64,000 nucleotides of DNA from Verrucomicrobiota bacterium (GTDB lineage Bacteria; Chlamydiota; Chlamydiia; Chlamydiales; Rhabdochlamydiaceae). A model generated the notes under the pieces. It searched no databases, was not told where the DNA came from, and saw only the letters and a program-made list of their open reading frames with translations. Where the stretch lies: positions 236,570 through 300,569 of the forward strand of contig JAFEGJ010000005.1 of assembly GCA_018240015.1 (NCBI GenBank). The letters are read 5' to 3'. Positions within the stretch are counted from its first letter, which is position 1. Each line of letters starts with the position of its first letter. This document shows, piece by piece, positions 8,288-17,395 of this stretch. The position numbers were made by a program, and so were the translations under genes.

Positions 8288-9118
8288 ATGTTGAAACGAC
8301 TACTCATTTTAGTTTGTCTCGTGGTGCTTTATTTTCCGCTCAGCCGGTGGTGTCATAAGCAAACCCATGGCTTTACGATTACCGGTATTACCCAGCAGCA
8401 TCGAGGAACTCTTTCTCAAGTCGCTTATGATCCCGAAGTTTTTGCGCAGCCGTATCATTACCTCGGTTACGGCGCTCAAGCCTTTGTTTTTGCAAGCGCT
8501 GACGGCAAGTACGTGATCAAATTTCTAAAGCAAAAGCGGCACCAGATTCCCTTATGGGTCAAATTGCTTCCTCATACATCCACCTATGAAAGGTATGCTA
8601 GGAAAAAGGGGCGCAAAAAGGCGCGCGAGCTAGCCGGCTATGAAATGGCCCTCAGTGAGCTGCAAAAAGAGACGCAGCTCGTGATGCTCCACTACAAGCG
8701 CTCGACCAACTTGCCCCATCTTCAGCTCACCGACCCTTTGAACATTCAGCATGAAATCGATCTCAATCGCACCGATTTTATCGTCCAAAGAAGAGCCCAG
8801 ATGATTTATCCCACGATTGAGGCTATGTTTTCTCAAGGGAAGCAAGAAGACGTTAAAAAAGTGATCCATTCGCTGTGCCAAAATATCGTTTCTCGCTGCA
8901 AGAAGGGGATACATGATCGTGATCCCAACATTGGGACCAATATGGGCGTGATCGGAACCGACGTAGTCCAAATCGACTTAGGCAAACTTGTCCCTAGAGA
9001 AAATATTGACTGCCAAGAAGAGCTGATGAGGGCTATAGCTCCTTTTCAGGAGTGGACTATGCGGTGCCATCCCGAGCTTACTTCGATGCTCCAAACAGAA
9101 TTGGAATTGAGGAAATAA
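8288..9118 (+). CDS. membrane-anchored protein-kinase-like protein, paralog 3
   Basis: YLGYGAQAFVF...GKYVIKFLKQ, KETQL, FIVQ, IHDRDPNIGTN and VQIDLG, in the same order as the two paralogs at 1744-3530. Confidence 0.8.
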   Translation: MLKRLLILVCLVVLYFPLSRWCHKQTHGFTITGITQQHRGTLSQVAYDPEVFAQPYHYLGYGAQAFVFASADGKYVIKFLKQKRHQIPLWVKLLPHTSTYERYARKKGRKKARELAGYEMALSELQKETQLVMLHYKRSTNLPHLQLTDPLNIQHEIDLNRTDFIVQRRAQMIYPTIEAMFSQGKQEDVKKVIHSLCQNIVSRCKKGIHDRDPNIGTNMGVIGTDVVQIDLGKLVPRENIDCQEELMRAIAPFQEWTMRCHPELTSMLQTELELRK

Positions 9119-9142
9119 TCCACTTCAATTAGGTTGGGCATT

Positions 9143-11935
9143 ATGGATGCTCGTAAAACCCTTTCTGCAAATCGTGTCTATTATTCTCTTCCAGCACTAG
9201 AAGAACAAGGGATTGGTAAAATCTCTCGGCTTCCGATTTCGATTCGGATCATGCTCGAATCTCTCGTGCGTAATTGCGATGGACAGCGCGTCACAGAAGA
9301 TGATGTAAAACGTCTGGCGCAGTGGAGCCCGAAAAAAAATCCCGATGTCGATGTTCCTTTTGTGGTGGCGCGGGTGATTCTGCAAGATTTTACCGGCGTG
9401 CCACTTCTAGTCGATTTAGCAGCGATGCGCGATGCCGTGGCTGCGAAGGGCAAAGAGCCATCGCTGATTGAACCGAAAGTTCCGGTCGATTTGGTGGTGG
9501 ACCACTCGGTGCAAGTCGATAGAGCGGGCACAAAAGATGCGTACATGTTCAATCTCAAGCTGGAGTTTGAACGCAACCTGGAGAGGTATGCGTTTCTCAA
9601 GTGGGGACAAGAGGCTTTCGAGACGTTTAAAGTTGTGCCACCGGGCATCGGCATTGTCCACCAAGTCAATTTAGAGCAAATCGCGAAGGTCGTGATCGAA
9701 GAAAATGGCGTGGTTTTCCCCGATACGCTGGTAGGAACCGATTCGCATACGACGATGATCAATGGTCTGGGTGTTTTGGGGTGGGGAGTCGGCGGTATCG
9801 AAGCGGAGGCCGCGATGCTGGGCCAGCCTTATTTTTTCCAGATGCCCGAGGTGATAGGCTTTCATTTAGCGGGAAAGCTGCAAGAAGGGGTGACCGCTAC
9901 CGATTTGACTCTCCGGGTCACTGAAATCCTGCGTAAAGAAAAGGTCGTGGGAAAATTTGTCGAGTTTTTTGGCGAGGGTGCCGCGAGTTTGTCGGTGGCA
10001 GACCGCGCGACGATCGGCAACATGGCTCCCGAATATGGAGCGACCGTGGGCTTTTTCCCTGTCGATGAGAAGACGCTCGATTATTTGAAGAAGAGCGGGC
10101 GCACGGACGCAGAAATTGCTCTTGTGAAAGAGTATTTTCTCGCGCAGAAGATGTTTGGCATTCCCAGGAGAGGCGAAGTCGATTTCACCAAGGTCATAGA
10201 GCTCGATTTGGGCAGTGTGGTCCCTTGTGTAGCAGGTCCCAAGAGGCCGCAAGATCGGATCGATTTACCGGATCTCAAGAAGCAATTCGAGATGCTTTTG
10301 ACAAAACCTACAGCTGATGGTGGGTATGGCAAAAGCGGCAAAGATCTTGTGCGGCACGTGGGCGTGCACAGCGACGGGATTTTTTCTCTGGATGCTCCGC
10401 ACCAAACGGGCGGTACCGAGAACATGAATGGAAAAGGAGAAGTGCTCGGGCGCAATGAAACGGAAATGGTGACCAACCGTCCGATAACGACGCCGGCTGT
10501 GAACCCTGGCTACAGCGAACATAAACATTTCGACATTGCACTGAGACACGGATCTGTTGTGATTGCGGCGATCACGAGCTGCACGAATACGAGTAATCCC
10601 AGTGTCATGATCGGGGCGGGACTGCTAGCCAAAAAAGCGGTGGAAAAAGGGCTGAAAGTCAATCCGATGGTCAAGACGAGTTTGGCTCCGGGCTCGCGGG
10701 TTGTGACCGATTATCTAGAGAAAACGGGTCTTCAAAAATACTTAAATCAGCTGGGCTTTGAGCTCGTTGCCTACGGATGCACCACCTGCATCGGCAACAG
10801 TGGTCCGCTCGATGAAAAAATCGAGCAGGCGATCAAAGATTATGAACTGGTGACGGCTAGTGTCTTAAGTGGAAACAGGAATTTCGAAGCCCGCATCCAC
10901 GGCTCGGTGCGCGCGAATTTTCTCATGTCGCCACCCCTCGTCGTTGCTTTTGCCATCGCGGGAAGGGTAGACATCGATCTCGTCGATGAGCCGCTCGGCT
11001 ATGGAAAAGACGGCAAACCGGTGTTTTTGGGAGAAATTTGGCCGACATCGGAGGAAATTGCCGAAGCTGTCCGCCAGATCACGCCGGAGATGTTTAAAAA
11101 ACGGTATGCCCACATTTTAGAAGACAATCCTTTGTGGTCAGAAGTCAAAACGAAAGGGGGAGTCCAATACCAGTGGAGCCCTAAAAGCACGTATATCCGT
11201 TGCCCGCCTTATTTTTCTGATTTCGAACTAAAAAAACCTCCCGCACCGGTGTTAAAAGAGATGAAAGCTCTCGCAATTTTTGGCGACTCCATCACGACGG
11301 ATCATATTTCGCCGGCGGGTGCTTTTAAATCGGATACACCAGCTGGAAAATATCTCCTCTCGTGTGGTGTCCAACCGGATGAGTTCAATAGCTACGGCAG
11401 CCGCCGCGGCAATCACGAAGTGATGATGCGCGGCACCTTTGCGAATGTGCGCATCCGCAACAAAATGGCGGACGGCAAGGAAGGCGGTTTTACCAAAGTA
11501 GACGGGAAAATCTTGCCGATCTTTGAAGCCTCAGAGATCTACCAAAAGAAAAAAATCCCCCTCATTCTTTTTGCGGGGAAAGATTATGGCATGGGCAGCT
11601 CCCGGGACTGGGCCGCTAAAGGGACAGCGCTTCTCGGTGTTAGAGCCGTCGTCGCCTGTAGTTTTGAGCGCATCCATCGCAGCAACTTAGTCGGCATGGG
11701 CGTACTTCCTCTCGAATTTTTAGAAGGGGAGTCGGCCGAAACGCTCGGCATCCAAGGGGATGAAACTTTTTCTTTGATAGGCCTCGAAAAGGAAATCAAA
11801 CCGAGGCAAGAAGTCACACTGCAGATGGGGAAAAATAAGACAGTCAAACTAAAGATTCGTCTCGATTCTCCTATAGAGGTGGCCTATTACCAAAATGGTG
11901 GTATCCTCCCTTGCGTTCTTCGTCAACTTTTATGA
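9143..11935 (+). CDS. acnA: aconitate hydratase A
   Basis: [16 protein letters not shown] and [11 protein letters not shown]e-S ligand motifs. About 930 aa, colinear with AcnA/IRP-type aconitases. Confidence 0.97.
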   Translation: MDARKTLSANRVYYSLPALEEQGIGKISRLPISIRIMLESLVRNCDGQRVTEDDVKRLAQWSPKKNPDVDVPFVVARVILQDFTGVPLLVDLAAMRDAVAAKGKEPSLIEPKVPVDLVVDHSVQVDRAGTKDAYMFNLKLEFERNLERYAFLKWGQEAFETFKVVPPGIGIVHQVNLEQIAKVVIEENGVVFPDTLVGTDSHTTMINGLGVLGWGVGGIEAEAAMLGQPYFFQMPEVIGFHLAGKLQEGVTATDLTLRVTEILRKEKVVGKFVEFFGEGAASLSVADRATIGNMAPEYGATVGFFPVDEKTLDYLKKSGRTDAEIALVKEYFLAQKMFGIPRRGEVDFTKVIELDLGSVVPCVAGPKRPQDRIDLPDLKKQFEMLLTKPTADGGYGKSGKDLVRHVGVHSDGIFSLDAPHQTGGTENMNGKGEVLGRNETEMVTNRPITTPAVNPGYSEHKHFDIALRHGSVVIAAITSCTNTSNPSVMIGAGLLAKKAVEKGLKVNPMVKTSLAPGSRVVTDYLEKTGLQKYLNQLGFELVAYGCTTCIGNSGPLDEKIEQAIKDYELVTASVLSGNRNFEARIHGSVRANFLMSPPLVVAFAIAGRVDIDLVDEPLGYGKDGKPVFLGEIWPTSEEIAEAVRQITPEMFKKRYAHILEDNPLWSEVKTKGGVQYQWSPKSTYIRCPPYFSDFELKKPPAPVLKEMKALAIFGDSITTDHISPAGAFKSDTPAGKYLLSCGVQPDEFNSYGSRRGNHEVMMRGTFANVRIRNKMADGKEGGFTKVDGKILPIFEASEIYQKKKIPLILFAGKDYGMGSSRDWAAKGTALLGVRAVVACSFERIHRSNLVGMGVLPLEFLEGESAETLGIQGDETFSLIGLEKEIKPRQEVTLQMGKNKTVKLKIRLDSPIEVAYYQNGGILPCVLRQLL

Positions 11936-11969
11936 ACCGGAAATTAAGATTCGTGGTAATCTTTTTTAA

Positions 11970-13364
11970 ATGGTAGAACGTTGGGTCAGCCGGGTTTTCT
12001 TTCTTTTCCTCCTATGCATGCCCCTGACGCGCCGTTTTAGTAAAATTTTTAGATCCTATTTTGAGTCGATCATCCCTTCCGATATTCAGCTGCCCGGCAC
12101 TTTCGATTGGCATCATGGAGTGTACATAGGAGATTTTGCCTATCTATTGTTGTTTATCGTGCTAGCAATTGTGGGCAGATGGAGTTGGAAACTGTGGGTG
12201 CAAAGCCCCACTCAGCGGTATTTAACACTTTTTTTAGCCACTGTTTTTATTTCGATCCTCACATCTTCTTCGCCCCACTATCCTATCCACTACCTGCGCT
12301 TCATGCACTTGCTCCTGCCTTGTCTGCTCTTTTATTTCATGAGTGAAGGAAAAATTTTAAACGATCGCAAAACACTTCTGACCCAGGTGGCTACAGCTGT
12401 TGTTATTTTAGGGGCATTTGAGTCCCTGGTTTGCCTCGTCCAATATTTTACACAACACGGAGTGGGTTTAAAATATTTAGGAGAGCCCGCCTTGACCTCG
12501 CGCCATGTTCCGGCCCCGTCCATTAGTGTGGCGGATGGCTCTTTGACTCTTTTCGATCATTGGCTTTCCCCTGGAGAGCATAAGCCGATTATCCGCGCGG
12601 TAGGAACTCTTTACCATCCTAATATTTGCGCCGGTTTTTTAGTCTTTAGCCTGCTCTTTTCCTATGCTTTATATTTAAAAGTAGGTCGAAAAAGATGGAT
12701 TAATTTGGCTATCTTTTTGCAGATCGTAGCTCTTTTTGTCACGTTTTCTAGAGCTGCGCTATACGCCTGGGTACTAGGGACGGCGCTCTGGTTTTTCTTT
12801 TTAAAACTAAGAGAAAAAAAACTGGCTTTGCTTCTCCTCTCGAGCGCGGTGTTTTGCCTTGTTCTCTTTTATCCTCAACTATCAGATAGAGGAGGCGTTT
12901 TTTCCTATAATGCGACTGCACGAGGATCTGATTATACAAGGTTAGAATACGCCCTCATTGCGGGATCTATCATTCAGGACCATCCGTGGCTGGGGATTGG
13001 ATTTGATCATTATTTGATCGATGGCCCCGCTTATGCCTACAAACTAGGGTTTACAAACGGCTATTATTTCAATTATGTCCACAATATCTTTTTATTTATT
13101 GCGGCTGAAAACGGCCTCATAGGGCTGATCTTTTTTCTCTTATTTATCGTGACAGTGGTCCAACAAGGCTGGTCAGTACGCAAGGGGCCGGAAGGAGCCA
13201 CTCTCATGGCGCTCTTTATCTGTTTTCTCTTTTTAGGAAGCTGCGATATCTATTTATTCATGTCGCAGATCGGCCGGTTTATGCTTTTTCTCACCGCTGC
13301 TGGAATCGTTTCAATTGCGCCAGCCAGAAAACCAGCCACCGCCCCCCGTATTGCTATTGCTTGA
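11970..13364 (+). CDS. O-antigen ligase (WaaL/Wzy_C) family membrane protein
   Basis: About 12 TM segments. Contains YHPNICAGFL, FSRAALYAW and the HNIFLFIAAENGLIGL block typical of the Wzy_C domain. Confidence 0.8.
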   Translation: MVERWVSRVFFLFLLCMPLTRRFSKIFRSYFESIIPSDIQLPGTFDWHHGVYIGDFAYLLLFIVLAIVGRWSWKLWVQSPTQRYLTLFLATVFISILTSSSPHYPIHYLRFMHLLLPCLLFYFMSEGKILNDRKTLLTQVATAVVILGAFESLVCLVQYFTQHGVGLKYLGEPALTSRHVPAPSISVADGSLTLFDHWLSPGEHKPIIRAVGTLYHPNICAGFLVFSLLFSYALYLKVGRKRWINLAIFLQIVALFVTFSRAALYAWVLGTALWFFFLKLREKKLALLLLSSAVFCLVLFYPQLSDRGGVFSYNATARGSDYTRLEYALIAGSIIQDHPWLGIGFDHYLIDGPAYAYKLGFTNGYYFNYVHNIFLFIAAENGLIGLIFFLLFIVTVVQQGWSVRKGPEGATLMALFICFLFLGSCDIYLFMSQIGRFMLFLTAAGIVSIAPARKPATAPRIAIA

Positions 13365-14888
13365 AGGATTCGCTGGAGGAGGGGTAGGAGTCGGCGAGGA
13401 TGTGCGTGACATTTCATGCCATCCCGTGTCAAGAGCGTTGTTATTATTATTGTTGTTATTCGAATTGGGCAGAGGCGTAGGTGTTGGTGTTTCACCCATG
13501 ATCACAAAGTCATTCAAAAGCGGATCTGGGGTGGACGGTTTATCGACTTTAAAATCACCAAAATTATATGGAGGTCCCGCTTGGTTGTTAGGGGGATTGA
13601 TAACGGGATTCGCGGGCGGGGGAGGCTGGGGATTATTGGAAGCGCCCGGTTGCTGCGAAGAGCTGCCCGGATTGACTACCCAGGGTCCTTCCCAAGCATG
13701 AGCCCAGAAATAATATTGGTCGGGACTTAGGAAGAAGAAATCATCGAGATGGGTGTCGCCAGGGTTGGTGATGATCGGTTCCATGGGGTGGATATTGGTA
13801 ATCGTTGGCTTGCCATTAGTTAAAGCGGGAATAACGAGATTTTCCATGTCGAGCGGTGCGCCAGAGCTGGCGAGGCGTTGCCCGTCTTTTAGGACAATGC
13901 CTTCATTCATATTGCGCGCTGTGCCGTCGCCTTGGAAGACGTAGATGATATCGTTTTCTTGGGAAGCTGCTTCAGCGTCTTTTAGCTTCGAAAACGGCGA
14001 TTCAAAAGAGCCGTCTCCACCAGGAGCGGCTAAGTTATTCACAAAGTGCAGCCGTACAGGCTTGCCGTCTTCATCTTCTTGGTAATAAGCGACTCTGCGC
14101 GTTTTTTGGTGCAGCGGAATGATCTCGCTTCGATAGACAGGGGTGTCATAGAGATTGCGGCCCTGCGTTGTTTTTTCTTTTTTTCCGCCCAGAGGGATGT
14201 TGATAGCGAGATAGCCTTGCACTTTCGTATGGAAAATCTGATCGTAGGAGACCGATGCACCCAAAGAGATATATTTGTACACATCCATATCTAGGTGGGC
14301 TTTTCCTCCCGCTGAATTTCCCAGCTGGTGGCCGCGGACTTCACGCCCGAACAAATAATAAGGGCCGGCTCCCAGGTAAATCCAGGAGTTTATCGGTCCT
14401 CCCACTTCTAAATCCACTACAGGAAGAGCCGCGATCAGTTTTTGCTTTTCTATAATCTGTTTTCCCTGAAATTTAAGAAATTCTTCGTGTTTGTAGCGTG
14501 TATCGTCACCTACGGGGAAGTATCCATTGAGCCTGACATCGACACACCGGCTTAAAAACTCGAGACCGCCGCCCACTTGATTAGTATGGAGGTGCTTGCT
14601 CTCACGAAAATCGTAATAAAAATTGCCTCCCAGCAAATAGGCCCCGTCATAAATAGAGCGCCTTGCACCAATGCCTAAGTTCGAAGCAAACCTGGCGTCG
14701 TTGAATAGATGGCCTCTGGCATTAAGGAAGAATTGGGAAAGCTCGCCAATATGCGAAATCGTATAGTCGACAGTCGAATAACCTTTATTATAACCAATAC
14801 CCGCTGATTCTCGGTGCCGGACCTGCAGTTTTGACTCTGAAGCCAGCAGAGTGCAGGAGATGAATAAGAGAACTATTATTTTTCGCAT
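13311..14888 (-). CDS. inverse autotransporter (intimin/invasin-type beta-barrel) with short passenger and Pro/Asn-rich tail
   Basis: Signal peptide MRKIIVLLFISCTLLA. The block LGIGARRSIYDGAYLLGGNFYYDF...VGGGLEFLSRCVDVRLNGYFP matches the LG-G-R...G-N-F-D...G-G-E...NGYF pattern of the intimin beta-domain. The C-terminal passenger begins GGDGSFESPF. Confidence 0.75.
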   Translation of the reverse strand: MRKIIVLLFISCTLLASESKLQVRHRESAGIGYNKGYSTVDYTISHIGELSQFFLNARGHLFNDARFASNLGIGARRSIYDGAYLLGGNFYYDFRESKHLHTNQVGGGLEFLSRCVDVRLNGYFPVGDDTRYKHEEFLKFQGKQIIEKQKLIAALPVVDLEVGGPINSWIYLGAGPYYLFGREVRGHQLGNSAGGKAHLDMDVYKYISLGASVSYDQIFHTKVQGYLAINIPLGGKKEKTTQGRNLYDTPVYRSEIIPLHQKTRRVAYYQEDEDGKPVRLHFVNNLAAPGGDGSFESPFSKLKDAEAASQENDIIYVFQGDGTARNMNEGIVLKDGQRLASSGAPLDMENLVIPALTNGKPTITNIHPMEPIITNPGDTHLDDFFFLSPDQYYFWAHAWEGPWVVNPGSSSQQPGASNNPQPPPPANPVINPPNNQAGPPYNFGDFKVDKPSTPDPLLNDFVIMGETPTPTPLPNSNNNNNNNNALDTGWHEMSRTSSPTPTPPPANPSSNSNTGGGGWFSGWRN

Positions 14889-14935
14889 AATATCCTACCT
14901 TGCCAGAAAATATCGCCTAAACATATCTTTAAACT

Positions 14936-16021
14936 ATGCTCGATAAGTTCGTCAATGGGTTCATTTATTTTGGCCTGCCTGTTGTGGCGGCCTATCATGC
15001 ACTAACGGGCAATATTTTTCTCAATGTTGCTGCCGAAGATGCTAGTGGCCTTGAGTATTTAGGAAACGCCGCCCTGACTCCTGTACAATACCTCCTCAAC
15101 GGCAAAGTCGCTATCCGCGAGGGAGATAACTATGTTCTCGAGCAAAAGTTTGATTACCATAACCACCTTCCTTTAAAGAGCACCCTGTCCTTCTTATCCC
15201 TTCCCATCTCTCTTTCCGTCGGGACCCTTCTGAAAGCAGCTGCTTATTTTACAGAGGAAACACGCCGGCATCACGAACAAATTGCCTCGGCCCAAAATTC
15301 TCGCTCGGTCAAGCCCAATATCGATTACTATCGCAGTGTCGGACTTCCTATTTCTGACACCGCAGCGTCCATCGATTCTCCTGAGCACAAACGCCGCCCC
15401 TGCGATGAAAACAAACTCGCCTCCGAAAAAGCCCTTCTCAAAGAAATCTCTCAAATCCTCAAATCCAATCAAATCCCTTTTTGGCTCGATTGTGGTTCTT
15501 GTCTCGGAGCCTATCGCTACGGGGGACTCATTCCTTGGGATTGGGATATCGATGTTGCTATCTTAGCGAAAGATCATGACAACGTCATGCATGCCTTAAA
15601 GGCTCTCGATCCTGCCAAGTATCAAGTTCAAGACTGGTCCAATCGTATCCGTCCCAAAACCTATATCCGCGTCTACAACCGCGAAACCCGCAACCATCTC
15701 GATCTCTACCATTTTGCCATCGATTCCAAGACAAAAACGCTTGCCTCTATCCTATCCAACGAAGAGAGTTCTTTCATGGTTGAATCGTGGAAGATTAGGG
15801 AAAGACGCTTCACTATTCCCACCTCCTATGACATCATTTTTCCTCTCCGCGCCGCGAAATTTGATGGCATCGACGTCTTTGTTCCCAACCAAACAAAGAA
15901 ATACCTCCAACAGCGCTACGGCGAAAACATCGGTCCCGTCCGCATATACAACGAAACAACCGGCATCTACGAAAAAGACGAATCGCACCCCTACTGGCAA
16001 CTTCCCCACGCCAGTGGTTAA
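14936..16021 (+). CDS. LicD-family (phosphocholine/ribitol-phosphate-type) transferase with N-terminal extension
   Basis: LDCGSCLGAYRYGGLIPWDWDIDVAI is the LicD nucleotidyltransferase-fold signature. It is preceded by a ~170-aa hydrophobic/unknown region. Confidence 0.8.
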   Translation: MLDKFVNGFIYFGLPVVAAYHALTGNIFLNVAAEDASGLEYLGNAALTPVQYLLNGKVAIREGDNYVLEQKFDYHNHLPLKSTLSFLSLPISLSVGTLLKAAAYFTEETRRHHEQIASAQNSRSVKPNIDYYRSVGLPISDTAASIDSPEHKRRPCDENKLASEKALLKEISQILKSNQIPFWLDCGSCLGAYRYGGLIPWDWDIDVAILAKDHDNVMHALKALDPAKYQVQDWSNRIRPKTYIRVYNRETRNHLDLYHFAIDSKTKTLASILSNEESSFMVESWKIRERRFTIPTSYDIIFPLRAAKFDGIDVFVPNQTKKYLQQRYGENIGPVRIYNETTGIYEKDESHPYWQLPHASG

Positions 16022-16037
16022 TTCGATATAAAATAGT

Positions 16038-16404
16038 CGGGCTCTTCGAGCCCGATGAATTAAATTGAGATTTTTGGATTTCCTTAGACATGTCGGGGGC
16101 TGCGCCCCCAGCTGCCCCCTTGAGCCGACTACGGCTTTGCAAAACCGGATCCTCCCAAGTCCTCGGCGTGCGGAGCACAACCTCGGCTTGTTCAGACCGG
16201 TTTTGCTGTGCCATAGCGGCCGCGGGCTGCTCGCACGCGCTGTCCCTGCCTTCGGCAGAGCAGCATCGGCTCGCAGACACAGTTAAGCGAATCAGACATT
16301 TCTCTACACTCTTTAGTAATGTCTGCGAGGAGACGCGAACTTGAGCGTAGCGAAAAGGGCGCGCGATGAGCAGCCCGCTTAATTCATCGGACTCGCAGAG
16401 TCCG
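16038..16404. repeat. GC-rich structured element bounded by 26-nt imperfect terminal inverted repeats (candidate ncRNA or MITE-like insert)
   Basis: 16038-16063 CGGGCTCTTCGAGCCCGATGAATTAA matches the reverse complement of 16379-16404 at 23 of 26 positions. Each end is a 7-bp/3-nt hairpin. The interior has several strong helices. Confidence 0.6.
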
Positions 16405-16417
16405 CCTTTTCATATCT

Positions 16418-17395
16418 TTAATGCAGGATGCCGCTGCTTTTGTACCACTCAAAGGTGTCTTTGAGGGTGTCGGTGAGGGGGCGGGGATAGAACGCGAGTT
16501 CTCTTTTGGCTTTGGAACAGTTGATGTTGCGATTGCAGCGGAGCAGCACTTCTAGTGTTTCATTAGTATAGAGCGTCGGTGTGTTCGTGATCACGCTGTA
16601 GGCTTTGGCCAGGGGCACTCCCATGCGCGCCAGCCAGTTAGGTGTGGTGAACTTGGGCGCAGATTTCCCTGTGGTTTCTTGAACGAGAAGGGCTAGTTCG
16701 CGGACCGTTTTCCAGATGCCTGAGATCAGATACCGCTCGCCCGATTTTCCTTTTTCAAGCGCGGCAATGGCGGCTTTGGCGACATCGCGGACATCGACGT
16801 AATCGAATCCTCCGGAAATCAGCGCAGGAACTTTGCGATTATAAAGAGCGATCAGTCCTTGTCCCAGGAGAGACGATTGAAAATCATTGGGTCCGATGAC
16901 AGCCGTCGGAGTTAAAATCACGGCATCGAGTCCTTGGACGATTCCCTTGAGTACTTCTTTTTCGGCTTCGGATTTGGAGACGTCGTGCAAAAGACCCTCG
17001 CTTCCTACAAAGGGGCGGGTTTCATCGAGCTCTTCGTTGGGAGTTTGTTTGAGGGCGTGAATGGAGCTGACATAGAGAAGGCGGCGTACGCCTTTTGCGA
17101 GGCAAGCTTCGACGACATTTTTTGTGCCTGTTACGTTGACTTGGTGGACGGTTCCGTCGGGATCGCCATCGATGGAAATTTTCCCTGCTGCATGAATGAC
17201 ACAGTCGGCGTCGGTAACAAATTTTGCAAGACTTTCGGGGTCCATGATATCGCCACGGACTTTTTCGAGGTCGAGTCCTTCGAGGGCGTTGGAATGGATA
17301 TGGATCATCGCCTTCACCTTGTAGCCTTTTGCAAGCAAGGCGCGGCAGATGTTATTTCCGATGTGTCCAGAAGCTCCTGTGACCGCGATAGTCAT
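16418..17395 (-). CDS. NAD(P)-binding extended-SDR protein (dihydroflavonol-reductase/epimerase-like), possibly atypical
   Basis: IAVTGASGHIGNNI Rossmann motif. The usual YxxSK position reads HDVSK. The start at 17395 has an ATGA overlap with the umuC stop. Confidence 0.8.
   Translation of the reverse strand: MTIAVTGASGHIGNNICRALLAKGYKVKAMIHIHSNALEGLDLEKVRGDIMDPESLAKFVTDADCVIHAAGKISIDGDPDGTVHQVNVTGTKNVVEACLAKGVRRLLYVSSIHALKQTPNEELDETRPFVGSEGLLHDVSKSEAEKEVLKGIVQGLDAVILTPTAVIGPNDFQSSLLGQGLIALYNRKVPALISGGFDYVDVRDVAKAAIAALEKGKSGERYLISGIWKTVRELALLVQETTGKSAPKFTTPNWLARMGVPLAKAYSVITNTPTLYTNETLEVLLRCNRNINCSKAKRELAFYPRPLTDTLKDTFEWYKSSGILH

Noticed and set aside
9181-11847. Numerous 60-190-aa ORFs antisense to or out of frame within the aconitase gene. 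Similar ORFs occur inside ligA, glgB, hflX, mtaB and the MFS gene.
   Set aside because: They lie entirely within long ORFs that carry unambiguous conserved motifs, have no start context, and have low-complexity translations. I treat them as frame artefacts.
13437-13460. The Asn8-encoding tract (GTTGTTATTATTATTGTTGTTATT) as a slipped-strand phase-variation site.
   Set aside because: It is a mix of AAT and AAC codons rather than a pure repeat. Any trinucleotide slippage would stay in frame, so an on/off switch is not supported.
16065-16344. ORFs of 73-148 aa on both strands of the GC-rich element (16065-16286, 16090-16344, 15834-16280, 15752-16180).
   Set aside because: They overlap each other on both strands and are Ala/Arg/Gly/Ser/Cys-rich, as expected from GC-rich non-coding sequence. 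They have no RBS, and the region is better explained by strong RNA helices.
16064-16378. The interior of the IR-bounded element as RNase P RNA, tmRNA, SRP/4.5S RNA or a group II intron domain.
   Set aside because: I looked on both strands for GAGGAAAGUCCGG and ACAGAA-CCGGCUUA (RNase P), a tRNA-like GGUUCGAAUCC...CCA end (tmRNA), GGAAG-AAGCAGC (SRP) and the domain V consensus. None was present. It remains an unassigned structured element.
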